A stretch of DNA of 64,000 nucleotides from positions 6,729-70,728 of the forward strand of contig PUPD01000298.1 in the NCBI GenBank assembly GCA_003552985.1, written 5' to 3'. The notes under the pieces were generated by a model that did not search any database, was not told where the DNA came from, and saw nothing but the letters and a program-made list of their open reading frames with translations. This stretch comes from Spirochaetaceae bacterium. GTDB lineage: Bacteria > Spirochaetota > Spirochaetia > DSM-27196 > SLAA01. This document shows, piece by piece, positions 1 through 9,500 of the stretch. Positions within the stretch are counted from its first letter, which is position 1. Each line of letters starts with the position of its first letter. A program made the translations under genes and the position numbers.

Positions 1-598
1 GGCTGAGCTCGGCGCGGATATGCTCTTGGTGCATCACGGCATCTTCTGGGGCCATGAGCAGCCGGTCACCGGCACGCACTACGAGCGCCTCCGTACGCTG
101 CTGGAGAACGATCTGGCGCTGTACGCCATCCACCTGCCGCTGGACGAACACCCCTCGATCGGGAACAACGCGGTAATGATGCGTGAGCTCGGGATAGAAG
201 AGCTGCAGCCGTTCGGCAGTATTCGCGGTCGGACGGTGGGGTATCAGGGCCGGCTTCCTGAGCCGGCTCGGCTCGAGCAGGTTGTGGCGCAACTGTTTAA
301 CGACCGCTCGGCAGTGCTGGCGATCTTACCGTTCGGTCCGGACGTGAGCGGACGCGTCGGAATCGTTTCCGGCGGGGCGCCGTATGTGGTGGAGGAAGCG
401 ATCGCGGAAGCCCTCGATCTGTTCATAACCGGCGATGCGTCGCACGTGATCTACCATCGGGCGCTCGAGGCCGGCATCAACGTGGTGTTCGGCGGGCATT
501 ACCTCACCGAAACCTGGGGGGTGCGCGCACTGGCTTCCAAAATGGAACAGGAGCTCGGTCTGCGCACGAGCTTCATCGACCTCCCAACCGGTCTGTGA
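1..598 (+). CDS. NIF3-like dinuclear metal centre protein (YbgI/GTP cyclohydrolase 1 type 2 homolog), 5' partial
   Basis: The frame stays open to the window edge (AELGAD precedes the first ATG at 20). LLVHHGIFW and GGHYLTE are typical of the NIF3 family. Confidence 0.85.
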   Translation, partial: AELGADMLLVHHGIFWGHEQPVTGTHYERLRTLLENDLALYAIHLPLDEHPSIGNNAVMMRELGIEELQPFGSIRGRTVGYQGRLPEPARLEQVVAQLFNDRSAVLAILPFGPDVSGRVGIVSGGAPYVVEEAIAEALDLFITGDASHVIYHRALEAGINVVFGGHYLTETWGVRALASKMEQELGLRTSFIDLPTGL

Positions 599-1165
599 GT
601 GTGTGAGTGTATGACTGGGTTCAGTCCGCGGCGCTCGCGCCGGCGCGATTCACGGCTGCTGCCGTTCACGTTGAGCTTGGTAGTGGTGATTCTCGATCAG
701 CTCACCAAGGCCTGGGTTGTTCAGAATCTCGATCTCGTAGCGATCAGCGGCGATCATATCGAGGTGTTCGGCCAGTTCGTCAGGATTATTCACACGCGTA
801 ACCCCGGGATCGCGTTCAGCATCGGGAGCGAGCTCCCGGAGTTGGTACGTAATGTGCTGTTCACGACGATTCCGATCCTGGTTATCGCCGGGCTGTTGTT
901 CTACTATTTCCGCTACAATCCGTTCAGTGCGGCCCAGCGCTGGGCCGTGGCGGCCATCGTCGGTGGCGGCTTGGGCAATATCATCGACCGGATCATTCGG
1001 ACCGGCGGCGTGGTTGACTTCATCGATGTGGAGTTCTTCGGCATCTTCGGCCTCGAGCGCTGGCCGACATTCAACATCGCGGATGCAGCGGTGGTGGTGG
1101 GAGGCATCCTGCTGATCGCCGGCATCCTGATTGAGGAGGCACGGGGGTATGGGGAAAAAGGCTAA
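599..1165 (+). CDS. lspA: Lipoprotein signal peptidase (signal peptidase II)
   Basis: NPGIAFS and FNIADAAV motifs, with multiple TM segments. GTG 599 abuts the upstream stop; ATG 611 is an alternative start. Confidence 0.9.
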   Translation: MCECMTGFSPRRSRRRDSRLLPFTLSLVVVILDQLTKAWVVQNLDLVAISGDHIEVFGQFVRIIHTRNPGIAFSIGSELPELVRNVLFTTIPILVIAGLLFYYFRYNPFSAAQRWAVAAIVGGGLGNIIDRIIRTGGVVDFIDVEFFGIFGLERWPTFNIADAAVVVGGILLIAGILIEEARGYGEKG

Positions 1166-1421
1166 TACGGTACTATTTATCCTCGCGGCGACGGTCGGCA
1201 ACCTGCTCGTGATGATTCTGGTATTCATCGTCATGTTGACGGTGTTTTCGCTGGCGCTGGCGGCCCGTATACCACCGGAATCACAGCAGTGGGTCGTGCT
1301 CGGACTGCTGATCGGTTCAATCGCGATTACGTATGTGATCTACTACAAGACCGTCCGGTTTTTGACTAAGAAATACGAGCTGGAAAAGCATTTCGAACCA
1401 ATCTTCCCGAAACGCAAGTAG
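1149..1421 (+). CDS. Small membrane protein (2 predicted TM helices), function unknown
   Basis: ORF 1131-1421. An internal ATG at 1149 gives MGKKANTVLFILAATVGNLLVMILVFIVML. It is hydrophobic with a basic C-terminus and overlaps the lspA end. Confidence 0.5.
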   Translation: MGKKANTVLFILAATVGNLLVMILVFIVMLTVFSLALAARIPPESQQWVVLGLLIGSIAITYVIYYKTVRFLTKKYELEKHFEPIFPKRK

Positions 1422-1453
1422 CGACGCACGAGCTCCGCGTGATCTTGATTCGT

Positions 1454-3115
1454 TCAATAACCGTCGGACATTGCGCGGTTGGCGTCCTTGCGGTGTAGCT
1501 CGCTGTAGACGAAGCCGCGATTCTTGAGGCTGTCCTTGACGTCCTGCGGGAACGGGATGTAACGCCAGAAGATGTCGCGCACCTCGCGGTCGAGCTTCTG
1601 CGTTCCTTCGGACTCCTTGGTGATCCAGAGTATATAGTCCTGGATGAAGGCGTCCTTGACGTCGCCCTTCATCTTCCGGTCGCTGAAACACTGGTAGTAC
1701 CAACCGGTGAGCCCCTCTTCCATCCAGTAGTGTTGGGCTTTCTCTTTGGCAACCTGCCAGCGCAGATCTCCCAGCGCGGCTACTACCGCGGTCTTGAGAT
1801 CTTTGGGGTACATCGGGATCGCGAGCCGCCCACGACTGCCGGCACGATTGAAGCGCTCGAACGGCTCCCAACACATGCCGAGCTCGCCGTAACACGGAAT
1901 CAACAGCACGTTCGGCACGATCCGGTTGGTCTGCATCTTGAACGTGCGCAGAAAGATGCCGGGGTCGTAATACTCGACATCGGCGAGCGTGTTGAGCACG
2001 TTTTCGCGACAGCTGAGGTCAAACAATCCGCCACGAAAGTACTGCTTCATCAGCACCGGGAAGTGATTGCCTTGCCGGCCAACGCAGATCTTGGCCATCT
2101 GCCGGATGGTGTTCATCTCTTCTATCACCACTTTCCGATCCACCGTGGTGGTGCCGCCGCTCTCGACGTCTTTCTGCTCAAGCTCATCTCGCTGTTCACG
2201 GAGGCTCTCTAGCTCACGCGTGTGGCGCTCGAGGTCGCGGTTGAGGGAGTGGAGCTTGCGTAACAGATTGCCGATCTCGGCCAGGGCCGTCTTCTGCGAG
2301 TCGTCGTACGGCATGCGGATGCCGTTGAGGTCGTCGCGGGTGTGAACGCGCTCGAGCGAGCTCAGCTGACCCTTGATCCCGAGCTCGGCCTGTCGCAATT
2401 GCTCGGCCTGGCGATTAACAACCGACAGCTGCGCGTCATAACGACCCCGTGCCTTCTCGAGCATCGCGTTGATGCGACTGGGGTTGTTCTTGCCGGCCGA
2501 CTTGGTCTCGTCGGTAGCCGAGGCGTTAACGCGACCCTGGGCGACCGCCTCGAGCCACTCGTCCACATAGAAGATTGGTTCGCCGGTGCGATTCTCGGGA
2601 ATCACCCGCGAGATCAGGTCGCGCTGCTCGCCGGACAACAGCGTGGGCAGGAGTACGCCGAAGCGCAGAAACACGCGCTTCGGCGGCGGCATTCCGGCTC
2701 CGGTCTTACCGGCTATGCTTGCAGCCAGTTCCCAGTGGGCCGGGATGTACTTGTTCCGGTAAAGCGAGCGGTCCTGGGAGTCCTTCGCGTTCAGAAACTG
2801 CCCCAGCAACTGATGCACGCGTTTGGAGATCTCCCCCTCGCCGGTGAGCACTTCCTTGTAGAAGTTCTTGTTCCGGAGGTGCGGCTGCGGATCGCCCTGG
2901 ATCTCGGTGACGCGCGTGAACCGGTTGTCCTGCGAGCCGAGCTCGCTGGTGCCGTCCCGGTCCTCCCGATCAGGGGTGTGAAGCCCCGGCTCGCCAAAGA
3001 GCTCTTCAAAATCGGGTACGTTGCCGCCCCCGTCGGTGCCGAGCAACTCCGCTACTTCCGGATCGATCTCGCCGCTGTACTGGTCGGTATTGTGGGCCTG
3101 CCGGTCTGAAGCCAT
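1454..3115 (-). CDS. Hypothetical protein, 553 aa (acidic N-terminus, central coiled coil, Cys/Trp-rich C-terminal domain)
   Basis: Long ORF with protein-like composition and no recognisable catalytic motif. The coiled-coil stretch is LRKLHSLNRDLERHTRELESLREQRDELEQKD. Confidence 0.7.
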   Translation of the reverse strand: MASDRQAHNTDQYSGEIDPEVAELLGTDGGGNVPDFEELFGEPGLHTPDREDRDGTSELGSQDNRFTRVTEIQGDPQPHLRNKNFYKEVLTGEGEISKRVHQLLGQFLNAKDSQDRSLYRNKYIPAHWELAASIAGKTGAGMPPPKRVFLRFGVLLPTLLSGEQRDLISRVIPENRTGEPIFYVDEWLEAVAQGRVNASATDETKSAGKNNPSRINAMLEKARGRYDAQLSVVNRQAEQLRQAELGIKGQLSSLERVHTRDDLNGIRMPYDDSQKTALAEIGNLLRKLHSLNRDLERHTRELESLREQRDELEQKDVESGGTTTVDRKVVIEEMNTIRQMAKICVGRQGNHFPVLMKQYFRGGLFDLSCRENVLNTLADVEYYDPGIFLRTFKMQTNRIVPNVLLIPCYGELGMCWEPFERFNRAGSRGRLAIPMYPKDLKTAVVAALGDLRWQVAKEKAQHYWMEEGLTGWYYQCFSDRKMKGDVKDAFIQDYILWITKESEGTQKLDREVRDIFWRYIPFPQDVKDSLKNRGFVYSELHRKDANRAMSDGY

Positions 3116-3170
3116 TGGATATGCACCGAGTGAAGCGCCGCGATCAGCTTAGCGCTGTGGAGACGTGTGA

Positions 3171-3244
3171 TGGAGGTGACGGGACTCGAACCCGTGACCT
3201 CTTGAATGCCATTCAAGCGCTCTAGCCACCTGAGCTACACCCCC
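3171..3244 (-). tRNA. tRNA-Ala (anticodon GGC), CCA not encoded
   Basis: The reverse complement reads GGGGGTGTAGCTCAGGTGGCTAGAGCGCTTGAATGGCATTCAAGAGGTCACGGGTTCGAGTCCCGTCACCTCCA. It folds as a cloverleaf with the G3:U70 Ala identity pair, anticodon loop ATGGCAT and a GGTTCGAGTCC T-arm. Confidence 0.95.
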
Positions 3245-3260
3245 ACGTACTGTTGCCCTT

Positions 3261-3289
3261 AAGATACGCGAAGCTCGGATGCCTGTCAA
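3261..3289 (-). promoter_or_regulatory. Candidate sigma70-type promoter for tRNA-Ala (TTGACA-N17-TATCTT)
   Basis: The minus strand reads TTGACAggcatccgagcttcgcgTATCTT. The -10 element ends 16 nt before the tRNA 5' end. Confidence 0.5.
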
Positions 3290-3326
3290 CACGTGCCGTC
3301 GGCGTGCGAGTGTCGCCCGCGGCGAC

Positions 3327-3614
3327 CTATCCGCCCGCGGCAATGCGGTGGTCTGCCGCTTCACAGATTCCGAGCGCTTCCGTTGCAGCGGTTGCACCGG
3401 TGCTGTAGGGCGGGTCCTCGGGCAACAGGTAGCCGGTGCGGACGCAGGTGTCGAACAAGTGGCGGCTGATCTCTTCGGTGGACTCACGGCAGAAATCCTC
3501 ATAGAAGCTTGCTATCATGATCTGATAGCCGTGGTCGCGTTCGCCGACTACACGGATGTAGGTGCGAATGTCGTTGATGCCTTTGACACGAAACCAGCGT
3601 TGCGGGTGTTGCAT
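3327..3614 (-). CDS. Small hypothetical protein (95 aa)
   Basis: ORF with balanced, protein-like composition (MQHPQRWFRVKGINDIRTYIRVVGERDHGYQIMIASFYEDF...). It is divergent from addB. No motif recognised. Confidence 0.45.
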   Translation of the reverse strand: MQHPQRWFRVKGINDIRTYIRVVGERDHGYQIMIASFYEDFCRESTEEISRHLFDTCVRTGYLLPEDPPYSTGATAATEALGICEAADHRIAAGG

Positions 3615-3673
3615 AACCGTCTTCCTCCCGACTGTTATATTTTCGGCAACAGTGCTACCATTGTTTACGCATT

Positions 3674-6511
3674 GTGAGTGAATCGAGCACCACCGCGTTT
3701 GAGCGGCGATCGCAGCTGCACGCTGAAATCGAGCCTCTGCTGGACAATCCCGAGCTGTGTTTTGTTTTTCCCTCCGAGGTTTCGGCCGGGTGGTGGCGGA
3801 GGGCGGCGGCCGAGCGGAGCAGCGGCGCGGTGCGTACGCTGCAGTTCGTACCGTGGGATCAGTTCAAGCAACGTGCCTTTGAGCGGCGCCGCGAGCAGCG
3901 GCCGGTCAATAACACGCTGCGCATGCTGTTTGCGCACGACCTGCTTGAGCGCAACCGTTCCGAGAGCCTGCTCGTACGGCTGATTGCCTCCGAGTATCGC
4001 GAGAGCTCTCCGGCGTTTGCGGCGACGCTCGTCGAGCTGCTGCCGACCCTCGAGCTGTTGCTGGATCGCGTCGCGGCACGTCAGGGCGCCGTTTCGGAGC
4101 TGAACGATGCGGCGACCCGGAGCCTCCTGGACGACCTGCGACTGATCCGGGATGAGTACCAGACCTTTCTGCAACGTCACTCCCTGTTCGAACCGGGGTA
4201 TTTGAAGCCTGCCGAGCGCGTACCCGACGGCCGCTTCGTGGTGCTGTATCCCGAGGCGCTCGAGGACTACGCCGAGTTCGCCGAAGCGCTCGACAGGATG
4301 GAGGGAGTGAGCGTGCGTTCGGTTCCGCCGGAGCCTGCGCGGGGGGCTCTCCGGCGGTTTGAGAATTCGGTGCAGGAGATACAGGCGGCTCTCTCGCAGA
4401 TCGAGACGCTGCTCGACGAGGGAGTGGCGCAGAGCGAGATCGCGGTTACGGTTTGCGAGGATGACCGCTTCCTCACGGAGCTGTTTTCGCGGGCTGCGGC
4501 GCGCGAGATTCCGCTGCAGGCACGCTACGGACGCCCGCTGACCGAGCACCCCGGCGGGCGGCTCATGCTCCGGATAGAGGAAACGGCAGCCTCGGATTTT
4601 GCCGTGGGCGAGCTGGGCACACTGCTGCTGGACCAGGGGCTACCCATAAGAGACCGTAAACGCGCCGCGGCGGTGACTGCGTTCGGCGTGGCGCACGGGT
4701 GCATAGGCGGTGACCCGCCGGACGTGCCCGGAGCGTGGGATCGTGCGTTTGCGGCCGATGCATCCCGCCGAGGGAGCGCGGTCGCATCGTATTTCCGCTT
4801 GTTGCGCCGGAGCATCACTGCGATCAGAGGTGCCTCGGATTTCGACGGTCTGCGCGCGGCTCTCAACGGTTTCCTGTCCGCGTTTCTCGATACCGACGCC
4901 TGGGACGAGCAGGGTAAACGTACTCTGCAGTGGGCGCAGGATCTGCTGGCCGAGCTGCGGCGGATCGAACATGAGCTTGCGATTGGGGTCTCCAGCCCGT
5001 GGCGAGTCTTCCTCCGGCTGCTGCATACCCGCCGCTATGTGCCGCTGCGCCGCAGCGAGGGAATACCGGTCTATCTCTACCGGGTAAGCGCTGCGATCGC
5101 GCCGCAGCATCACTTTGTGTTAGGAGCATCCCATCAGGCTACGCGGGTCGCGTTTGATCGCTTCGCGTATCTCCGTCCCGATCAGAAAGAACGACTCGGG
5201 CTCGACGAGCGCGATATCACCGCCGATGTGTTGCGGCTGTTCAGCCACTCGGGCCTCGAGGTGCACCTGAGTTTCGCCGGAGACACCTTTTCCGGACGCC
5301 GGCTCGCACCTCCGGTGTTTCTGCGTGAAGGGTTGGTGGCGATCCCGGACGCCGCATCGGTGAGCGCGCTCCAGGAGCAGGACCTCTACCGGATGGAACG
5401 GGCGACGCTGCACCAGCCTTCCGACGCGCCGGTGCGGCGCCTCTATCGGCGGCAGCTCGAGGGGTTGCGGGCGGCGGCCTCGGCGGGTTTCGGTTCCGGT
5501 ACCCGTGAGCTTGATCGCAAACCGATCGCCGATCCCCGGCTGCGGCGGCGTGTTCAGGAACGGCTGCTCCAGGACGGACGGCTGCGGCTGTCAAGCACCC
5601 ACCTGCGTGCCTACCAGGAGTGTCCGCTCGCCTTTCTCATTCGGCACGGGCTCGGGATCGGGCGTGTGGAGTATCAGCCGGCGGCCGAGGCCCCGATGGA
5701 GGTTGGGAATCTCTTCCATCGCGCGCTCGAGCGGCTCTGTCGCGCCATCGCCGATAGCGACCCGAGAATCCGAACTGAGCACCGCGAGGTGTACCGGGAG
5801 ATGGCACGCGCAGCGGTCAGGGAGACGGTCGAGGAGGACCTTCCCCGGAACACCGGGATCCCACCGGTTGCGGTGCCTGCGCTGCGGCGCCGTATGGAAC
5901 CGGCTCTGCAGCGTTTCGTGCAGAGGTTGGTAGAGCGCTTCGACGGCTACGCGATTCTCGATATCGAGGCGTGGCGTACCGCGCCGGCGATCGATCCGTT
6001 CGATACCGCCGGGGAGGACGATCTCGGCTCAGCGGGGGGCGACCGGGACTGCGAGCGGCCGCTGTTGGCCGGCAAGATCGATCTCATGTTGCAGCGCCCT
6101 TCCGACGGCGGGACCGTTGTCCTGGATTACAAGCTCGGGGGAGCGCCCCGCAAAGGCGAGCTTCTCGCTCTGCTGGAACCTGAGCCCACCACCGTGCCCG
6201 CCTATCAGATGGCGGTGTACGCGGTACTGGTGCAGCACACGCAGGCGCCGATGAGCGCGGCGCTGTACTACTCGATCAAAGAAACGCGCTTCATCCATGC
6301 GCTCGGCCCGCCGGCAGATTCCGGAGGCGGACGGGAGAAGGTTTGGGTTGCGCATGAGCGACTGCCGGAGTTAACGACCGCGGCATGTGAACAGGCGGTG
6401 CGCGTGGCCGCGCACCTGAAGGAAGGGCGCTATGATGAGCGGGCCGCGCACGGGGGTTGTGCCGGCTGCAATCTGCGCGCGGTATGCCGGCGCAAGTTCT
6501 TCATTCGTTGA
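3674..6511 (+). CDS. addB: AddB/RexB-like PD-(D/E)XK nuclease subunit of helicase-nuclease complex
   Basis: 945 aa immediately upstream of a UvrD-type helicase-nuclease. The C-terminal nuclease region (DLMLQRP...VLDYKLG) is followed by the Cys cluster GGCAGCNLRAVC, typical of the AddB Fe-S staple. No Walker A is visible at the N-terminus. GTG start. Confidence 0.8.
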   Translation: MSESSTTAFERRSQLHAEIEPLLDNPELCFVFPSEVSAGWWRRAAAERSSGAVRTLQFVPWDQFKQRAFERRREQRPVNNTLRMLFAHDLLERNRSESLLVRLIASEYRESSPAFAATLVELLPTLELLLDRVAARQGAVSELNDAATRSLLDDLRLIRDEYQTFLQRHSLFEPGYLKPAERVPDGRFVVLYPEALEDYAEFAEALDRMEGVSVRSVPPEPARGALRRFENSVQEIQAALSQIETLLDEGVAQSEIAVTVCEDDRFLTELFSRAAAREIPLQARYGRPLTEHPGGRLMLRIEETAASDFAVGELGTLLLDQGLPIRDRKRAAAVTAFGVAHGCIGGDPPDVPGAWDRAFAADASRRGSAVASYFRLLRRSITAIRGASDFDGLRAALNGFLSAFLDTDAWDEQGKRTLQWAQDLLAELRRIEHELAIGVSSPWRVFLRLLHTRRYVPLRRSEGIPVYLYRVSAAIAPQHHFVLGASHQATRVAFDRFAYLRPDQKERLGLDERDITADVLRLFSHSGLEVHLSFAGDTFSGRRLAPPVFLREGLVAIPDAASVSALQEQDLYRMERATLHQPSDAPVRRLYRRQLEGLRAAASAGFGSGTRELDRKPIADPRLRRRVQERLLQDGRLRLSSTHLRAYQECPLAFLIRHGLGIGRVEYQPAAEAPMEVGNLFHRALERLCRAIADSDPRIRTEHREVYREMARAAVRETVEEDLPRNTGIPPVAVPALRRRMEPALQRFVQRLVERFDGYAILDIEAWRTAPAIDPFDTAGEDDLGSAGGDRDCERPLLAGKIDLMLQRPSDGGTVVLDYKLGGAPRKGELLALLEPEPTTVPAYQMAVYAVLVQHTQAPMSAALYYSIKETRFIHALGPPADSGGGREKVWVAHERLPELTTAACEQAVRVAAHLKEGRYDERAAHGGCAGCNLRAVCRRKFFIR

Positions 6512-6533
6512 GCTCAGCACGCAGGGGAATGTG

Positions 6534-9500
6534 ATGGACGCCGATCAGATCGCCAACGCCGAGCAACAATCTGCAGGCGCAAACGATATCGGGATTGTAC
6601 AGTTCGATCGCCGCCAAAGCGCCGCAATCGCCGAGCGGCGTAACGCAGTGGTATCGGCCGGAGCCGGCAGTGGGAAGACCGCGGTGCTGAGCGAGCGTTA
6701 CTGCAGGCTTGTGCGTGACGAGCATATCGCCGTCGACCGTATCCTCACGCTTACCTTCACGCGCAAGGCAGCTGCCGAGATGCACGAGCGCATCTACAAG
6801 CGATTGGCGGATCTCGACGACGAGCTCGTGCAGGAGCAGCTTGCGCGCTTCGACCGTGCCGAGATCTCAACCCTGGACAGCTTCTGCGGGCGTGTAGCGC
6901 GCACGCGCTCGGCGCTGTTCGGCGTGGCCCCGAGCTTCACCGTCGACGAGCGCGAGAATCTGCGTCTCGCCCGGCGGATTGCGCTTCGGTTCCTGGGAGC
7001 CAACGCCGCCGACCCCGTGCTGTCCGGCTACATCGCGGCGAACGGCTTCAATAGCGTGCTCGAACGGGGCCTGGTGCGGCTTGCTACCAACGAGGTGACC
7101 GTGGCGCGCCCGCTGGAGTTCGACGCGATGTTCAGCCGCCAGGCGCGGCGGCTCCTGAACGCAGCCGCGGTGCATCTGCAGCGACTGGAGGCGCTGCGTG
7201 CAGCGCTGCTTGAGCTCGCCGCCGAAGGCGACCGGTGGCTGTTGCAGCTACAGGAGGCACTGGCTTCGCTTTCGCTCCCGAACGCCGAGGCGTTGCGAGC
7301 GCTTGGCGACGAGTTTCTCGGTGAAACAGCGCAAGAGCACGGCAACGAGGGCCAGGAGCAATACCGAGATCGAGACCGAGCAGAAGCCGGCTCCCGGGAG
7401 GAACGGGCGCGCGCCGCGGCGGATCAGCTTTCGCCAGCGATCGCGTTCATGGACGGGCTGGATCTGCGTCGCGGAAGCCGCAGCAAGGAAGGCGTGCTTG
7501 CGGCGAGAGAGCAGGTCAAGGATGCGCGTGTAACACTGCTTGAGCCGCTCCGGAGCATACGGTTTACGCTGCGGTCGCTTCCGGAGCATCAGCGCCTGTT
7601 CGAGCTGCTTGACGCCTTTCAGGAGCAGGTTTTGCAGGCCCGGCGGCAGAGCGGAGTTTTGAGCTACCAGGATGTGATGGTGATGGCGGTGGAGCTGCTG
7701 CGCCGGGAGCCGGAACTACGCGCCTATTACAAACAACAGTTCGATCAGATCATGATCGATGAGTTTCAGGACAACAATCGACTGCAGAAGGAGCTGCTGT
7801 ACTTGCTGGCAGAGCGGCCCGAGTGCTGCAGCAGCGCTATCCCGGCCGCTTCCGAGCTTGAGACCGACAAGCTGTTCTTCGTCGGCGATGCCAAACAGTC
7901 GATCTATCGCTTCAGGGGCGCAGATGTCGGCGTGTTTCGAAACCTGGCAGCTGAGCTTCCGGCGCACGCGGGGGCGGCGCTGGCGCTTGAGGCCAACTAT
8001 CGAAGCCATCCGCATATGGTGAGGTTCTTCAATCGGGTTTTCGCAGCGGTGTTTCCCGAGCCTACCGCAGCCTTTGAGCCTGAGTTCGCCCCGATTGAGC
8101 CGCAGGCCGAGTATATGCACCCCGAGCCTGAGGCGGCGCGTCCGTCGGTGACGCTCGCATGGTACGAAAGCGATCTTGAGCCCGCCGGTGGGGAAACCGG
8201 CGAGGGAGGCGGCGAGGAAGCCGGCGAGAAGGCCGGGGAGGAACCGGCTGAGGCGGCCGCGCAGCAGGCGTACCACGTTGCGCAGTACATCGCATCAGCA
8301 GTGGAACAGGGGACACTTCAGATCAGCACCCGCGACGGGGTCCGGCCGGCGCGTTATGAGGATTTTGCGATTCTGCTGCGCTCAACCGGAAACCAGATGC
8401 AGTTCGAACGGATGCTCCGGCTGTTCAACGTGCCCTACACCGCAGGCGGTATGCGCAGCCTCTTCCTCGATGCCCCGGCGCATGATCTGTACAGCATCCT
8501 GCAACTGTGCGTTCACCCCGAGGATCGGGAGGCATATGCCGCCGTGCTGCGCTCGCCCTACGTGGCGCTTTCCGATCACGGAATGCTCGAGGTGCTCCTG
8601 GCCGAAGCGGCGCCGTTCAGTGAGCATCGGTTTGCTGCGGAACAGGATCAGATGCGCTACGAGGACGCTGCACGGCGCTATTTCGAGCTCTGCTCGCTGG
8701 CCGACAGGGTGCCGGTCGAGGAGCTTGTCCGCATCGTCTGGATCGAGCATGGGTATCGCTACAGCCTTCTGCGCAATCCGGCCTATCATAGCTATCTCGA
8801 GTACTATCGCTATCTGTTCGAGCTGGCCGCGACGCCCACGGGACAGACCCTCGAGGAGTACCTTGCAAGCCTGCGCGAGAATCTGGGACAGTTCAAACGG
8901 TTGAGCGCGCTCGAGATCCTGCACGAGGATCAGATTGGAGTGCGGATCATGACGATCCACGCCGCCAAAGGGCTGGAGTTCCCGGTTGTCATTCTTGCGG
9001 ATGCGGGGAATGTGGGGAGTGGCGAGCGCGCAGGCGGCGAGCCGTATTACAGCTCAGCCGAATACGGAATCTGTCTCAACCTTAAACCGGATGCCGGTTT
9101 GGATGGCGTCGAGGAGCAAGCTGCGAACTATTTCTATCTGGAGGGGCGCGAGGAAGCCGACCGTCAGGAGGACGCCGAAGCGCGGCGGTTGCTATACGTC
9201 GCGCTCACGCGGGCCGAGACGCACCTGTTGCTCAGCGGGGTGCTTCACAGCCGGAATCGCAGCGCAGACAGTTGCCACCTCGCGATGGTGATGGCGGCGC
9301 TGGGAATCGATCCGGCGGCGCCGGATGCTTCGGCGGTGCCACCGGATCTACCGGTGCGGCTGCTGGCTGAGGTGATCGCACCGGTTGCCGAGCGCGAGCT
9401 GCGCGAAAGCGGTCGCGACGATGGGCGTGGGGTCGGGCCGGCGCTTCCCGCTGATGAGGATGTGTGCGTTGCTCGTGAGCCGGTGTGTTACGAGTATGCG

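Noticed and set aside
3171-3244. tRNA-Ala as an integration site for a genomic island containing the 553-aa unknown gene.
   Set aside because: There is no integrase, no duplicated tRNA 3' segment or direct repeat nearby, and the flanking genes are housekeeping.
6432-6533. Upstream starts for addA (6432). The same issue applies to fumC (26970), qor (40629), fabD (20766) and the ABC-class ATPase (60334).
   Set aside because: In each case an internal start matches family N-termini. It either has a better RBS or avoids overlapping the neighbouring gene or the palindrome.
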